From Ruditapes philippinarum (Eukaryota): a stretch of DNA of 64,000 bases. How positions within the stretch are numbered: position 1 is the stretch's first letter; each line of letters starts with the position of its first letter. The notes below the pieces were generated by a model. It was not told the origin of the DNA and did not search any database. It saw only the letters and a program-made list of their open reading frames with translations. Both the position numbers and the translations under genes were made by a program. The stretch spans positions 62,001 to 126,000 of the forward strand of contig NW_026863604.1 in assembly GCF_026571515.1 (NCBI RefSeq), given 5' to 3'. Shown here in pieces: positions 52,762 to 64,000 of this stretch.

Positions 52762-64000
<11,239 letters not shown>

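Overview
AT-rich, intron-containing animal genomic DNA. The repeat families suggest a bivalve mollusc, but that is inference. From left to right the window holds: (1) two tandem minus-strand paralogues encoding ~418-aa single-pass LRR receptors without a TIR domain (3 coding exons each, same intron phases), and a possible decayed third LRR exon; (2) two plus-strand paralogues encoding 66-aa secreted precursors with an unusual six-cysteine pattern (C-x7-C-x4-C-x7-C-x10-C-x-C); (3) a complete 7-exon activin receptor type II gene; (4) the first nine exons of MCM6, which runs off the right edge. MCM6 intron 5 holds a 38-bp minisatellite built from the gene's own intron/exon-6 junction. A deleted DNA transposon splits this array and itself carries a Helentron-type (HINE) element. 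There are many SINEs, MITEs, HINEs and microsatellites, two assembly gaps and stretches of low-quality sequence. The most novel-looking items are the Cys-rich peptide pair, its linkage to the LRR receptor pair, and the splice-acceptor minisatellite. All gene models were assembled by eye from GT-AG sites and reading frame; no database searches were run.
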